A stretch of DNA of 64,000 nucleotides from Anaeromyxobacteraceae bacterium (lineage in GTDB: Bacteria; Myxococcota; Myxococcia; Myxococcales; Anaeromyxobacteraceae). The notes under the pieces are model-generated. The model was not told the origin of the DNA. It ran no database searches and worked only from the letters and a program-made list of their open reading frames with translations. Below are positions 1 through 8,429 of this stretch, in pieces. The stretch spans positions 5,637 to 69,636 of the forward strand of contig DATIFE010000207.1 in the NCBI GenBank assembly GCA_035455425.1, written 5' to 3'. The number at the start of each line of letters is the position of its first letter. Position 1 is the stretch's first letter. A program made the translations under genes and the position numbers.

Positions 1-596
1 ACAACCCCGCCCTGCGGCGCGCGCTGCAGAACGCGCGCGGCGCCAACATGCCCAAGGACAAGGTCGAGGCCGCCGTCAAGCGCGCCAGCGGCCAGGACCA
101 GCAGGCCTTCGAGGTGGTGCTCTACGAGGGGTACGGGCCGCACGGCGTCGCCCTGGTCGTCGAGACCGCCACCGACAACCCGGTGCGCACCGTGGCCAAC
201 GTGCGGATGCACTTCAAGGACCACGGCGGCAGCCTCGGCACCGCCGGGAGCGTGGCCTACCTGTTCCGGCGCGTGGGCGTGTTCCGCCTCGCGCCCGAGG
301 GTCTCGACCTGGAGGCGCTCGAGCTCGACCTCATCGACCACGGGCTCGAGGAGATGGGCGAGGGCCGGGGCGACAAGGGCGAGCCCCAGATCGTCGTCCG
401 CTGCGGCTTCGGCGACTTCGGCCGGCTCCAGGCCGCCATCGAGGAGCGCAAGCTCCCGCTGCTGTCGGCCGAGTCGGAGTACCTGCCGCAGACGCCGGTC
501 GAGCTGCCCGAGGAGCAGGCCAACCAGGTCCTGGCCCTGGTCGACGCGCTCGAGCAGGACGAGGACGTCCAGCGGGTGTTCCACACCCTCGCCTGA
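1..596 (+). CDS. yebC: YebC/PmpR family DNA-binding transcriptional regulator, 5'-truncated by the window edge
   Basis: The frame of ORF 48..596 stays open back to base 3 ([28 protein letters not shown]...), which is the conserved mid-region of YebC-family proteins. Codons are GC3-rich. TGA stop at 594-596. Confidence 0.9.
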   Translation, partial: NPALRRALQNARGANMPKDKVEAAVKRASGQDQQAFEVVLYEGYGPHGVALVVETATDNPVRTVANVRMHFKDHGGSLGTAGSVAYLFRRVGVFRLAPEGLDLEALELDLIDHGLEEMGEGRGDKGEPQIVVRCGFGDFGRLQAAIEERKLPLLSAESEYLPQTPVELPEEQANQVLALVDALEQDEDVQRVFHTLA

Positions 597-639
597 TCCC
601 CGCCGGCGCCCCGACGGGCGCGGCGCGCGGGCCGGGCCC

Positions 640-1425
640 TCAGGCCCGGCGGCGCCAGGGGGCGAACCAGCCGAGCCCGGCCGCGGTCCCGCGCGCGGGG
701 CGGTACTCGCAGCCCACCCATCCCCCGTAGCCAAGGTCGTCGAGCAGCCGGAAGAGGTGGGGGTAGCTGAGCTCGCCCGTGTCGGGCTCGTGCCGATCCG
801 GGACGCTCGCGATCTGAACGTGGCCGACCTGGCTCACCCAGCGCCGGAGCTTGGCGGTGAGGTCCCCCTCCACGATCTGCGCGTGGTACAGGTCCATCAG
901 CACCTTGAGGTTCGGCGCGCCCACCTCCTCGCGCAGCGCGTGGGCCTCCGCCTGGGTGTTCAGGAAGTAGCCGGGGATGTCGCGCGTGTTGATGGGCTCG
1001 ATCACCAGGGCGATGCCGTGGCGCGCGGTCTCCCCGGCGGCGTGCCGGAGGTTCTCGAGGTAGGTGGCGCGGCAGGCGGCCCGGCCTGCTCCGGCGGGCA
1101 CCAGCCCCGCCATGGCGTGCAGGGTGGGAGTCTCCAGGGCCCGGGCATAGCGGATGGCGGTGCGCACGCCCTCGCGGAACTCCTCCTCGCGGCCCGGCAC
1201 GGCGCCGATCCCGCGCTCGCCCGCCGCCCAGTCGCCGGGCGGCATGTTGAAGAGCACGTTCCGCAGGCGGCCGGCCCCGAGCCGGGAGGCGACCTCCTCC
1301 GGCGGGTGCTCGTAGGGGAAGAGGAACTCGACCGCCTCGAAGCCGGCCTCGGCGGCCGCGGAGAAGCGCTCCAGGAAGGGCACCTCGTTGAACATCAGCG
1401 TCAGGTTGGCGGCGAACCGCGGCAT
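640..1425 (-). CDS. hyi: hydroxypyruvate isomerase family protein (TIM-barrel sugar-phosphate isomerase/epimerase)
   Basis: 261-aa ORF. The N-terminus [39 protein letters not shown] parallels E. coli Hyi (MLRFSANLSMLF...) as I recall it. Full-length ORF with ATG start. Confidence 0.85.
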   Translation of the reverse strand: MPRFAANLTLMFNEVPFLERFSAAAEAGFEAVEFLFPYEHPPEEVASRLGAGRLRNVLFNMPPGDWAAGERGIGAVPGREEEFREGVRTAIRYARALETPTLHAMAGLVPAGAGRAACRATYLENLRHAAGETARHGIALVIEPINTRDIPGYFLNTQAEAHALREEVGAPNLKVLMDLYHAQIVEGDLTAKLRRWVSQVGHVQIASVPDRHEPDTGELSYPHLFRLLDDLGYGGWVGCEYRPARGTAAGLGWFAPWRRRA

Positions 1426-1500
1426 GGCTGCGCCTCCCGTGGGGGAGGGAGCGTAAGCACACGGCGCCGAGCGGTTGCAAGCGCTGCGGCCACGTCCCGG

Positions 1501-1535
1501 TTGACACCCGCCGCGGGGATCCGCAGAGTGGATGC
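1501..1535 (+). promoter_or_regulatory. candidate sigma70-type promoter (perfect TTGACA -35, weak -10)
   Basis: TTGACA at 1501-1506 is conspicuous in this GC-rich DNA. CAGAGT lies 17 nt downstream as a poor -10. The site is in the 280-nt divergent intergenic region between hyi and the 1706 membrane-protein gene. This is sequence inspection only. Confidence 0.25.
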
Positions 1536-1705
1536 GGGTGCGGGGCCCCTCCCGGGCGCCGCAGGCTCAACGGGGCGGTCGGGCCGCTGTCCCACGAAAC
1601 GGAGCGGGTCGCGGGAGCGACTCGGCCGCTCGTGGGGCCAGCCGGACGCCATCCCTCCCACGGCGCTCGAATCGCCCGCCGCCGGCGCCGCCCGGCGAGG
1701 CGAGA

Positions 1706-2209
1706 ATGGCTATTGCGCGAGTAGAGGTGGCGGGCGCCCCGTTGCCCGCGGCGCAGGCGTTGCCGCGGCAGGAGTGGCTCGCTTCCGGGGTCGGGGGCGG
1801 GCTCTTCGCCGGCGCCGTCATGGCGCTGTTCCTGATGCTGGCGACCGGCGCCGGGACGCCGTGGGGACAGCCATTCCGGGCCATCGGCGCGACGTTCATC
1901 GGGGCAGGAGCGCTCGAGGGGGGGGCCGGGGCCATCGCCTTCGGCGCCATCCTGCACGCGCTCACCTCGGCGGTGCTCGGGCTGGGGTTCGTCGCCCTCT
2001 TCCCGCGGGACTTCCCCCGGGCGTCCGGTGCCGTCGTCGGACTCGGATACGCCCTCTTCGCCATGGCGATCATGACGTCGCTGGTGGTGCCCGCGGTGAA
2101 CCCGGCGTTCGCGAGTGCGGTGCAGCCCACGGGCGGTACGTGGGTGGTCGCCCACGCGCTCTTCGGCGCGGTGCTGGGCCTGTACCGGGCGCGCGGGCGA
2201 CGGGCGTAG
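1706..2209 (+). CDS. hypothetical integral membrane protein (about 4 hydrophobic helices)
   Basis: The internal ATG at 1706 of ORF 1532..2209 gives [10 protein letters not shown]... followed by Gly/Ala-rich hydrophobic segments ([79 protein letters not shown]). The part of the ORF upstream of 1706 is Arg/Pro-rich and non-protein-like. Confidence 0.6.
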   Translation: MAIARVEVAGAPLPAAQALPRQEWLASGVGGGLFAGAVMALFLMLATGAGTPWGQPFRAIGATFIGAGALEGGAGAIAFGAILHALTSAVLGLGFVALFPRDFPRASGAVVGLGYALFAMAIMTSLVVPAVNPAFASAVQPTGGTWVVAHALFGAVLGLYRARGRRA

Positions 2210-2368
2210 CCCGGCCCGTCGGGGGGCCTCCCGTAACGTCGCGGCGATTGCCGGGTCCCTGGGACCACGCCGGGCGAAGAGGCCCGTGCGCGGCGGCGGC
2301 CGCGGCCCTATGGCTCCCGGGCACGGCCTGCCGGGGGCGGGGGCCGTGGCCTCCAGGAGGACCCGAAG

Positions 2369-2848
2369 ATGGCGACCTTCCAGAAGCCTTCCGACGACGA
2401 GCTCCGCAAGCGGCTCACGGGCGAGCAGTACCGCGTGACCCAGCACGAGGGAACCGAGCCGCCCTTCCGCAACCCCTACTGGGACGAGCACCGCCCGGGC
2501 ATCTACGTGGACGTGGTCTCGGGCGAGCCGCTCTTCAGCTCCCTCGACAAGTTCGACTCCGGTACGGGCTGGCCCAGCTTCACCCGGCCGCTGGAGCCGG
2601 GCAACGTCGTCACCCGCACGGACACCAAGATGGTGCTTCCGCGCACCGAGGTGCGCTCCCGCCTGGCCGGCTCGCACCTGGGGCACGTCTTCGAGGACGG
2701 GCCGGCTCCCACCGGCATGCGCTACTGCATGAACTCGGCGGCCCTGCGCTTCGTGCCCGTCGATCGGCTCGAGGCCGAGGGGTACGGCCGGTACCTGCCG
2801 CTCTTCCCGTCCGGCTCGAAGGCGGCGGGCGGCGGGGCCGCGCCGTGA
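2369..2848 (+). CDS. msrB: peptide-methionine (R)-S-oxide reductase MsrB
   Basis: 159 aa with the SelR/MsrB signatures [28 protein letters not shown] and the catalytic RYCMNSAAL. Confidence 0.95.
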   Translation: MATFQKPSDDELRKRLTGEQYRVTQHEGTEPPFRNPYWDEHRPGIYVDVVSGEPLFSSLDKFDSGTGWPSFTRPLEPGNVVTRTDTKMVLPRTEVRSRLAGSHLGHVFEDGPAPTGMRYCMNSAALRFVPVDRLEAEGYGRYLPLFPSGSKAAGGGAAP

Positions 2849-3495
2849 GGGTCGCTGCGATGCTGGGCGCGGCGGCGGCCGCGCTCGTCGCCGCCGGGGG
2901 GCTCTTCACCCGGACCGGGAGCGGAGGCAAGGTCATGGTCGGCAATCCATCCTGCGGCACGCGGCCGGGCAACGTGGGCCGCGGCACGCCTCTCGCTCCC
3001 TCGGGCCAGAACCAGCTGGCCGCCTTCGCCCAGGGCTGCTTCTGGGGCGTGGAGGAGCGCTTCCGCAAGGTGCCCGGCGTGGTGGCCACCGCCGTCGGCT
3101 ACACCGGGGGCCACACCGAGCACCCGACCTACGAGGACGTCTGCGGGCACGGGACGGGCCACGCCGAGGCGGTCCTGGTCGAGTTCGACCCCACCCGGGT
3201 GAGCTACCGGGACCTGCTGCGGTTCTTCTGGGAGACGCACGACCCGACCAGCGGCGACCGGCAGGGACCGGACGTGGGCGACCAGTACCGGTCGGCCATC
3301 TTCACCTTCGGCCCGGAGCAGCTGGCGGAGGCGCAGGCCTCCCGCGCCGAGGAGCAGAAGCGGCTCGCCGATCCCATCACCACCCAGATCGCGCCCGCCG
3401 GGCCGTTCTGGGTGGCGGAGGCCTACCACCAGCAGTGGGACGAGAAGCACGGCGCCCTCTCCTGCCCGGCGCCGCACGCGGCCCGGCACCGGTAG
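2845..3495 (+). CDS. msrA: peptide-methionine (S)-S-oxide reductase MsrA, possibly with an N-terminal hydrophobic anchor
   Basis: This is the 3' part of ORF 757..3495. It carries the GCFWGVE catalytic motif, [16 protein letters not shown] and [12 protein letters not shown] 2845 overlaps the msrB stop (GTGA). Alternative starts are ATG 2860 and ATG 2935 (the latter preceded by GGAGG). GC3 stays high from 2845, which supports the long form with [18 protein letters not shown]. Confidence 0.9.
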   Translation: MRVAAMLGAAAAALVAAGGLFTRTGSGGKVMVGNPSCGTRPGNVGRGTPLAPSGQNQLAAFAQGCFWGVEERFRKVPGVVATAVGYTGGHTEHPTYEDVCGHGTGHAEAVLVEFDPTRVSYRDLLRFFWETHDPTSGDRQGPDVGDQYRSAIFTFGPEQLAEAQASRAEEQKRLADPITTQIAPAGPFWVAEAYHQQWDEKHGALSCPAPHAARHR

Positions 3496-3510
3496 CGCCG
3501 CGGGGGCACC

Positions 3511-4170
3511 TCACCCCCCGCCGAGGGTGGCCCGCAGCGCCCGCCAGAGCCGGCGCGGCGAGAGCGAGATGCGGAAGGCCAGCCACCGGACGCGGCGGCG
3601 GAGCGCGCCGCGCGCCCGCGGGTCGAGCCCGTCGAGGAGGTCGAGCGCCTCGTCCTTCCGGCCGCTCCTCGCCAGGACGCGCGCCAGCAGGGTGGTGGCC
3701 CGGGGGTGCCACGGCTCGATCTCCAGGGCGCGCCGCAGCACCCGGCCGCCCACGGCCAGCTCCCGCGCGTGGAGCAGGCGCCGCCCACCGCCCACCAGCA
3801 CCGCGAGCGCGTCCGCGCGCCGGCCCCGCTGCAGGTGCAGCCGGGTGATCTCGTCCCAGAGGGCGTACTCCCCGGGGAAGGCGTCGGCCGCCTGGACGAG
3901 CAGCGAGACGCCGCGGTCGGTGAAGCCCGCCTTGATCTGCGCCGCGGCGGCGATCCGGAAGCTGGCGAGCGCCTCGTCCCTCCGCCCGGTGCGCGCCAGG
4001 AGGGGCGCCAGCCGGGCGTGCACGGCCGCGTCGCCCGGCGCGACCTCGAGCACCTTGCGATAGCCGGCGATGGCCTTCTTGGTCCGGCCGCGGGCGCGCG
4101 CCCGGTCCGCGGCCGCGATGAGCTCGCTGCGATCGAACTTCTTCTTCTTCCCCCAGAGCACTGCGGCCAT
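3511..4170 (-). CDS. TPR-repeat protein
   Basis: This is the 3' portion of ORF 3511..6048, starting at ATG 4170 (MAAVLWGKKKKFDR...) with GGAG upstream. It has repeated 34-residue-like helical Ala/Leu/Arg motifs (AIAGYRKVLEVAPGDAAVHARLAPLLARTGRRDEALASF...). The rest of the long ORF is Arg/Pro/Gly junk antisense to the next gene. Confidence 0.6.
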   Translation of the reverse strand: MAAVLWGKKKKFDRSELIAAADRARARGRTKKAIAGYRKVLEVAPGDAAVHARLAPLLARTGRRDEALASFRIAAAAQIKAGFTDRGVSLLVQAADAFPGEYALWDEITRLHLQRGRRADALAVLVGGGRRLLHARELAVGGRVLRRALEIEPWHPRATTLLARVLARSGRKDEALDLLDGLDPRARGALRRRVRWLAFRISLSPRRLWRALRATLGGG

Positions 4171-4217
4171 CCTAGCTCCGCCCCGGGCCGCGGTCCCGAT
4201 TCCTTCCGCCGGCGGGC

Positions 4218-6557
4218 TCAGGTCGGCCGGCCGGCGCCGCGGTGCAGGGCCTGCCAGACGCGGGCAGGCGTGAGGGGCATCTGGACGGCCTCCGCCGCGC
4301 GCCCCAGGCCGGAGGACGCCAGCGCGTCCACGACCGCGTTCACCACCGCCGGGGTGGCGCCGATGGTCCCCAGCTCGCCCACCCCCTTCGCGCCCAGCGG
4401 GTTCATCGCTGTGGGGGTGGACTCGTCGAGCTCGGTCCGGAAGCCCGGGGCCATCTCGGCCCGCGGGAGGGCGTAGCCCAGCAGGCTGCCGGTCAGCGCC
4501 TGGCCCGAGGCGGGGTCGTAGGCGAATTCCTCGCACAGCGCCTGTCCGATCCCCTGGACCGCGCCGCCGTCGAGCTGGCCGACGACGATGGCCGGGTTGA
4601 CGACGCGGCCCACGTCGTTCACCGAGGAGTAGGACGCGATCTCCACCTGGCCGGTCTCGGGATCGACCTCCACCTCGCAGACGTGGCAGCCGTTGGGCCA
4701 GGTCGGACCGGACACCGAGCTGGTCGAGTCCACGGCGATGCGCCGCGACGGCTGGCGCGCGGCCAGCTCGAAGAGGCCCACCGCGCGGTCGGTCCCCACC
4801 ACGCGGAAGACGCCGTCGCGGTACTCGACGTCCCCGGCCGCCGCCTCCAGCTCCTCGGCGGCGAGGTCCCGGCCCTGCCGGACCGCCTGCTCGGAGGCGA
4901 CCCGGATGGCGGAGCCGCCGGTGAACAGCGAGCGGCTGCCGGCGCTGCCGAACCCGTTGGCCCGGTCGGTGTCGCCCTGCACGATGCGGATCCGCTCGAT
5001 GGGGACGCCGAACACGTCGACCGCCAGCTGCGCGTAGGTGGTGGCGATGCCCTGGCCCATGGCCTGGGTGGCGGAGACGATCTCGATCTCGCCGTCCCCG
5101 GAGACCTCCACCGCCACGCGCTCCTCGAAGGCGTTGCCGCCGGTCCACTCCAGGAAGGTGGCGATGCCGCGGCCGCGCAGCCTGCCGCGCCTCGCCGACG
5201 CCGCCCGGCGGGCCTCGAAGCCGTCCCAGTCGGCCAGGGCCAGGCCCCGGTCGAGGACCGACTCGAACCTGCCGCAGTCGTAGGTCTGGCCCATGGCGTT
5301 GCGGTAGGGCATCTGCTCGGGGCGGATCAGGTTCCGGCGCCGGAGCTCGGCGGGATCCATGCCCAGCTCGCGGGCGGCCGCGTCCATGAGGCGCTCGACG
5401 AGGTAGATGGCCTCGGGCCGCCCGGCGCCGCGGTAGGGGGCCACGGTGCCGGTGTGGGTCAGGACGGCCCGCAGCTCGAGGTCGACGACGCCGATGTCGT
5501 AGACGCTGGTGGAGACCCAGGGCCCGATGAGGAGCTGGATGGCGATGCCGGCGACGGAGGGATAGGCGCCCACGTTGGCGAGCGACGAGACCCGCAGCGC
5601 CAGCGCCCGTCCCTCCCCGTCGAGCGCCAGCTCGGCCCGGCTGCGCAGGTCGCGCCCGTGGGTGGCGGCCAGCAGCTCCTCGCCGCGCTCGGCGCACCAC
5701 TTCACCGGGCGCTGGAGCGAGCGGGCGCACCAGGCGACCGCGACGTACTCGGGGTAGAGCCCGGTCTTCATGCCGAAGCCGCCGCCCACGTCCCCCACCA
5801 GGACCCGCACCTTCTCCCGCGGGATGCCGAGCTCGTCGGCCAGCCCGTTGCGCACCGCGGTCGGCATCTGCCCGCTGATGCGGGCGGTGAGGCGGTCGGT
5901 CTCCGGGTCGTAGCTGGCCAGCATGCCGCGCGGCTCGATGGGCGTCGGCGCCAGCCGCTGGTTCACGATCTCCAGCGAGACCACGTGCGCCGCGCGCGCG
6001 AAGGCGGCGGCGGCCTCCGCGGCGTTCCCGTGCCTCGCCTCGGCGCACAGGTTGTCCGGTGCCTCGGCGCAGACGCGCGGGGCGCCGGGCGCCAGCGCCG
6101 CGACCGGGTCGACGACGGCCGGCAGCTCCTCGTAGTCCACCTCGATCCGCGAGAGGGCGTCGCTCGCCTGGCCCGGCGTCTCCGCGATCACCGCGGCGAC
6201 GGCCTCCCCCACGAAGCGGACGACCTCGTGAGCCAGCGCCCGGCGCGGCGGGGAGGCGGCCGGCGCCCCGTCCCCCCGCCGGAAGGCCTTCCCCAGGGGA
6301 GTCGCCCGGACGCCGGCGTCGACCAGGTCCCGTCCGGTCACCACCGCCAGCACGCCGGGCATGGAGGCGGCCGGGGAGACGTCGATCGAGCGGATGCGGG
6401 CGTGGGCGTGCGGCGAGCGGAGGAACCTGAGGTGGGCCTGCCCGGGAAGCGAGAGGTCGTCCACGAAGCGTCCCGCGCCGGTCAGCAGCGCCGGGTCCTC
6501 GATGCGGCGCACGGGCCGCCCGCTGCCGAAGCGGAGCTGGGGCGATCCGGGGGTCAG
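4218..6557 (-). CDS. xanthine dehydrogenase/CoxL-family molybdopterin-binding large subunit (aldehyde oxidase/CO-dehydrogenase-like)
   Basis: About 779 aa from ORF 4218..7814. It shows the FGSGRPVRRIEDPALLTGAGRFVDD N-terminus typical of CoxL/XdhB, then GGGFGMK, PYRGAGRPE, GQGIATTYAQ and NPLGAKGVGE. There is no ATG or GTG at the conserved N-terminus. Candidate starts are CTG 6557 (overlapping the upstream TGA) or GTG 6512. Confidence 0.85.
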   Translation of the reverse strand: MTPGSPQLRFGSGRPVRRIEDPALLTGAGRFVDDLSLPGQAHLRFLRSPHAHARIRSIDVSPAASMPGVLAVVTGRDLVDAGVRATPLGKAFRRGDGAPAASPPRRALAHEVVRFVGEAVAAVIAETPGQASDALSRIEVDYEELPAVVDPVAALAPGAPRVCAEAPDNLCAEARHGNAAEAAAAFARAAHVVSLEIVNQRLAPTPIEPRGMLASYDPETDRLTARISGQMPTAVRNGLADELGIPREKVRVLVGDVGGGFGMKTGLYPEYVAVAWCARSLQRPVKWCAERGEELLAATHGRDLRSRAELALDGEGRALALRVSSLANVGAYPSVAGIAIQLLIGPWVSTSVYDIGVVDLELRAVLTHTGTVAPYRGAGRPEAIYLVERLMDAAARELGMDPAELRRRNLIRPEQMPYRNAMGQTYDCGRFESVLDRGLALADWDGFEARRAASARRGRLRGRGIATFLEWTGGNAFEERVAVEVSGDGEIEIVSATQAMGQGIATTYAQLAVDVFGVPIERIRIVQGDTDRANGFGSAGSRSLFTGGSAIRVASEQAVRQGRDLAAEELEAAAGDVEYRDGVFRVVGTDRAVGLFELAARQPSRRIAVDSTSSVSGPTWPNGCHVCEVEVDPETGQVEIASYSSVNDVGRVVNPAIVVGQLDGGAVQGIGQALCEEFAYDPASGQALTGSLLGYALPRAEMAPGFRTELDESTPTAMNPLGAKGVGELGTIGATPAVVNAVVDALASSGLGRAAEAVQMPLTPARVWQALHRGAGRPT

Positions 6558-7483
6558 CGGGCCCCTCCGGCGTGCGCCCGGCGGTGCTCGGCCCGGGCGG
6601 CCACCCGGACGGCGATCAGCCGGCGGTCGGCGCGCGCCATGGTCTGCTCCAGCCGCTCGGCCCGCCAGCGCGACGCCCAGCCGAGGGAGAAGGGCACCGG
6701 GCCTCCCCCCCGCGCGGCGCGGACCAGGCGGCGAACCACGCGGGAGGTCCCCGGGCCCCTCGACCCGGAGAGGAGGATCATGAACTCGTCGCCGCCCAGC
6801 CGCACCACCGCGTCGCTGGCGCGGCACAGCCCTCCGAGGAAGCGCCCCATGCGCACCAGCACCTGGTCGCCCCGCTCGTGGCCGTGGCGGTCGTTGTAGG
6901 CCTTGAAGTGATCCACGTCGATGACGATGCAGGCCCATCCGCGCTCGCGGCAAGCGGTCTCGAACTGCGCCAGGTAGCGGCGGTTGAAGCAGCCGGTGAG
7001 GGGATCGCGCTGCCCCATCTCGACGAGCTGGCGCTCGAGCCGCTTGCGCTCGGTGATGTCGATGAGGATGCCGCAGTACAGCGTCCTCCCCGTCCGGCGA
7101 TCGCGGCTCTCGAAGGCGGTGTCGATCACCGTCCGCACCTCGCCCCCGGGCCGGCGGAAGGTGAACTCGAAGTCCCGCACCACGCCCCGCTCCTTCAGGA
7201 TGGCGTGCTCCTGGGCCCGCTGCAGCGGGTCGATCCACTCCTGCACCTTCCGGCGGCGCAGCTCCCCGGTCGAGCGCACGCCGAACATCGCCAGCATGGC
7301 GGGGTTGGCGTCCAGGATCTCGCCGTCGGCGCCGGTGATGTAGACGCCCTCGCGGAGGTTGAGGACCAGGTCCCGGAGGGTGTCCGGCGACGACAGCGAG
7401 GAGGACGGAGTCCACCGGGGGCCGGCGGCCGGTCGGCCAGGATGCGGCGGCAAGGGGCGCCTGCCCGTGCTGGTTCGAGCCAC
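6554..7483 (-). CDS. PAS-domain diguanylate cyclase (GGDEF)
   Basis: 309 aa with a PAS-like segment (REGVYITGADGEILDANPAMLAMFG ... LYCGILIDITERK). The GGDEF domain follows (DPLTGCFNRRY, IDVDHFKAYNDRHGHERGD, RLGGDEFMILL). Confidence 0.9.
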   Translation of the reverse strand: MARTSTGRRPLPPHPGRPAAGPRWTPSSSLSSPDTLRDLVLNLREGVYITGADGEILDANPAMLAMFGVRSTGELRRRKVQEWIDPLQRAQEHAILKERGVVRDFEFTFRRPGGEVRTVIDTAFESRDRRTGRTLYCGILIDITERKRLERQLVEMGQRDPLTGCFNRRYLAQFETACRERGWACIVIDVDHFKAYNDRHGHERGDQVLVRMGRFLGGLCRASDAVVRLGGDEFMILLSGSRGPGTSRVVRRLVRAARGGGPVPFSLGWASRWRAERLEQTMARADRRLIAVRVAARAEHRRAHAGGAR

Positions 7484-7548
7484 TGGTCGAGAGGCAGCCT
7501 ATCAGACGTCCCCCGGTGCACGTCAGCCCGCCTCCCGTGCCGGGCGCC

Positions 7549-8313
7549 TCAGGCGCGCCCGCGGACCGCCCAGGCCCGGGCCCGCAGCCCGAAGGCGCCG
7601 GCGGGCGAGCCCAGCCGGCGCCGGCACTCCTCCCGGAGCGCCGCCCGCGGCCCCTCGGCGAGCGAGAGGCAGTAGGCGCTGTCCGGGCCGATGCCGGTGA
7701 GGAAGCCCGCCCAGTAGTCGTCGAAGCCCTGGTACTCGGCCTCGACCTCCAGCGCCTCCGTCTCGACGCCGGAGAATCCCGCCTGCTGCCACAGGGCGCG
7801 CAGCTCGTCCGCATCGCGGCAGCGTCCCGCCGGAGCGTCCCGCAGCGCCGCGGCGTCGAGGGCCCGCGCGGCCTCCCCGAAGACGTGCAGCATCTGCACG
7901 CCCGGGCCGCGGTCCCAGGTGCAGGCCGCGGCGACGCCGCCCGGGCGGGCGACGCGCCTCATCTCTCGCGCCCCGGCCCCGGCGTCCCGCAGGAAGTTGA
8001 CGACCAGCTGCGAGAGCACGGCGTCGAACGATCCGTCCGCCCAGGGGAGCTTCTCGGCGGCGGCCACCCGCGCGTCCGCCCCCGGCAGGCGCGCCCGGCA
8101 CGCCTGCACGAAGGGCTCCGAGGGGTCCGCGGTCGCGACCCGCGCGGCGCCGACGCGTCGCGCCAGCTCCTTCGCCAGTGCTCCCGGCCCCGCGCCCACG
8201 TCGAGCACCCGCGCGCCCGGCGCCACGCCCGCGAAGTCGGCGAAGCGGGGTGCCAGCGGGACGGAGTAGCGCCCCATGAAGCGGTCGTACGCCTCCGGCA
8301 CGGCGAAGGTCAT
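7549..8313 (-). CDS. class I SAM-dependent methyltransferase
   Basis: 254 aa with motif I VLDVGAGPGALA, a post-I acidic residue (ATADPS) and the FDAVLSQLVVNF / ARPGG motifs of Methyltransf_11/25-type enzymes. Confidence 0.85.
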   Translation of the reverse strand: MTFAVPEAYDRFMGRYSVPLAPRFADFAGVAPGARVLDVGAGPGALAKELARRVGAARVATADPSEPFVQACRARLPGADARVAAAEKLPWADGSFDAVLSQLVVNFLRDAGAGAREMRRVARPGGVAAACTWDRGPGVQMLHVFGEAARALDAAALRDAPAGRCRDADELRALWQQAGFSGVETEALEVEAEYQGFDDYWAGFLTGIGPDSAYCLSLAEGPRAALREECRRRLGSPAGAFGLRARAWAVRGRA

Positions 8314-8429
8314 CGCGGCTTCCTAACGGCACCGCCGCCGGAGGGCAAAGGCCCGCCCGCCGCTTCCCCTTTCGTGACCGGACCGGGCGCGCGCGCGCCG
8401 TTAGGTGCCCGGCGCAGGCGGGAGGAGGA

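Noticed and set aside
257-2686. 809-aa ORF on the minus strand (and the 5' two-thirds of the 912-aa plus-strand ORF 757..3495).
   Set aside because: The translations are Arg/Pro/Gly/Ala-rich low-complexity sequence. They run antisense or out of frame to genes with clear family signatures (hyi, msrB, msrA). Such long open frames are expected in DNA this GC-rich because stop codons are AT-rich.
4242-6899. 885-aa plus-strand ORF opposite the CoxL-type gene.
   Set aside because: It is antisense to a gene with unambiguous molybdopterin-subunit motifs. The translation is dominated by G, R, A, P, D and H runs with no recognisable domain.
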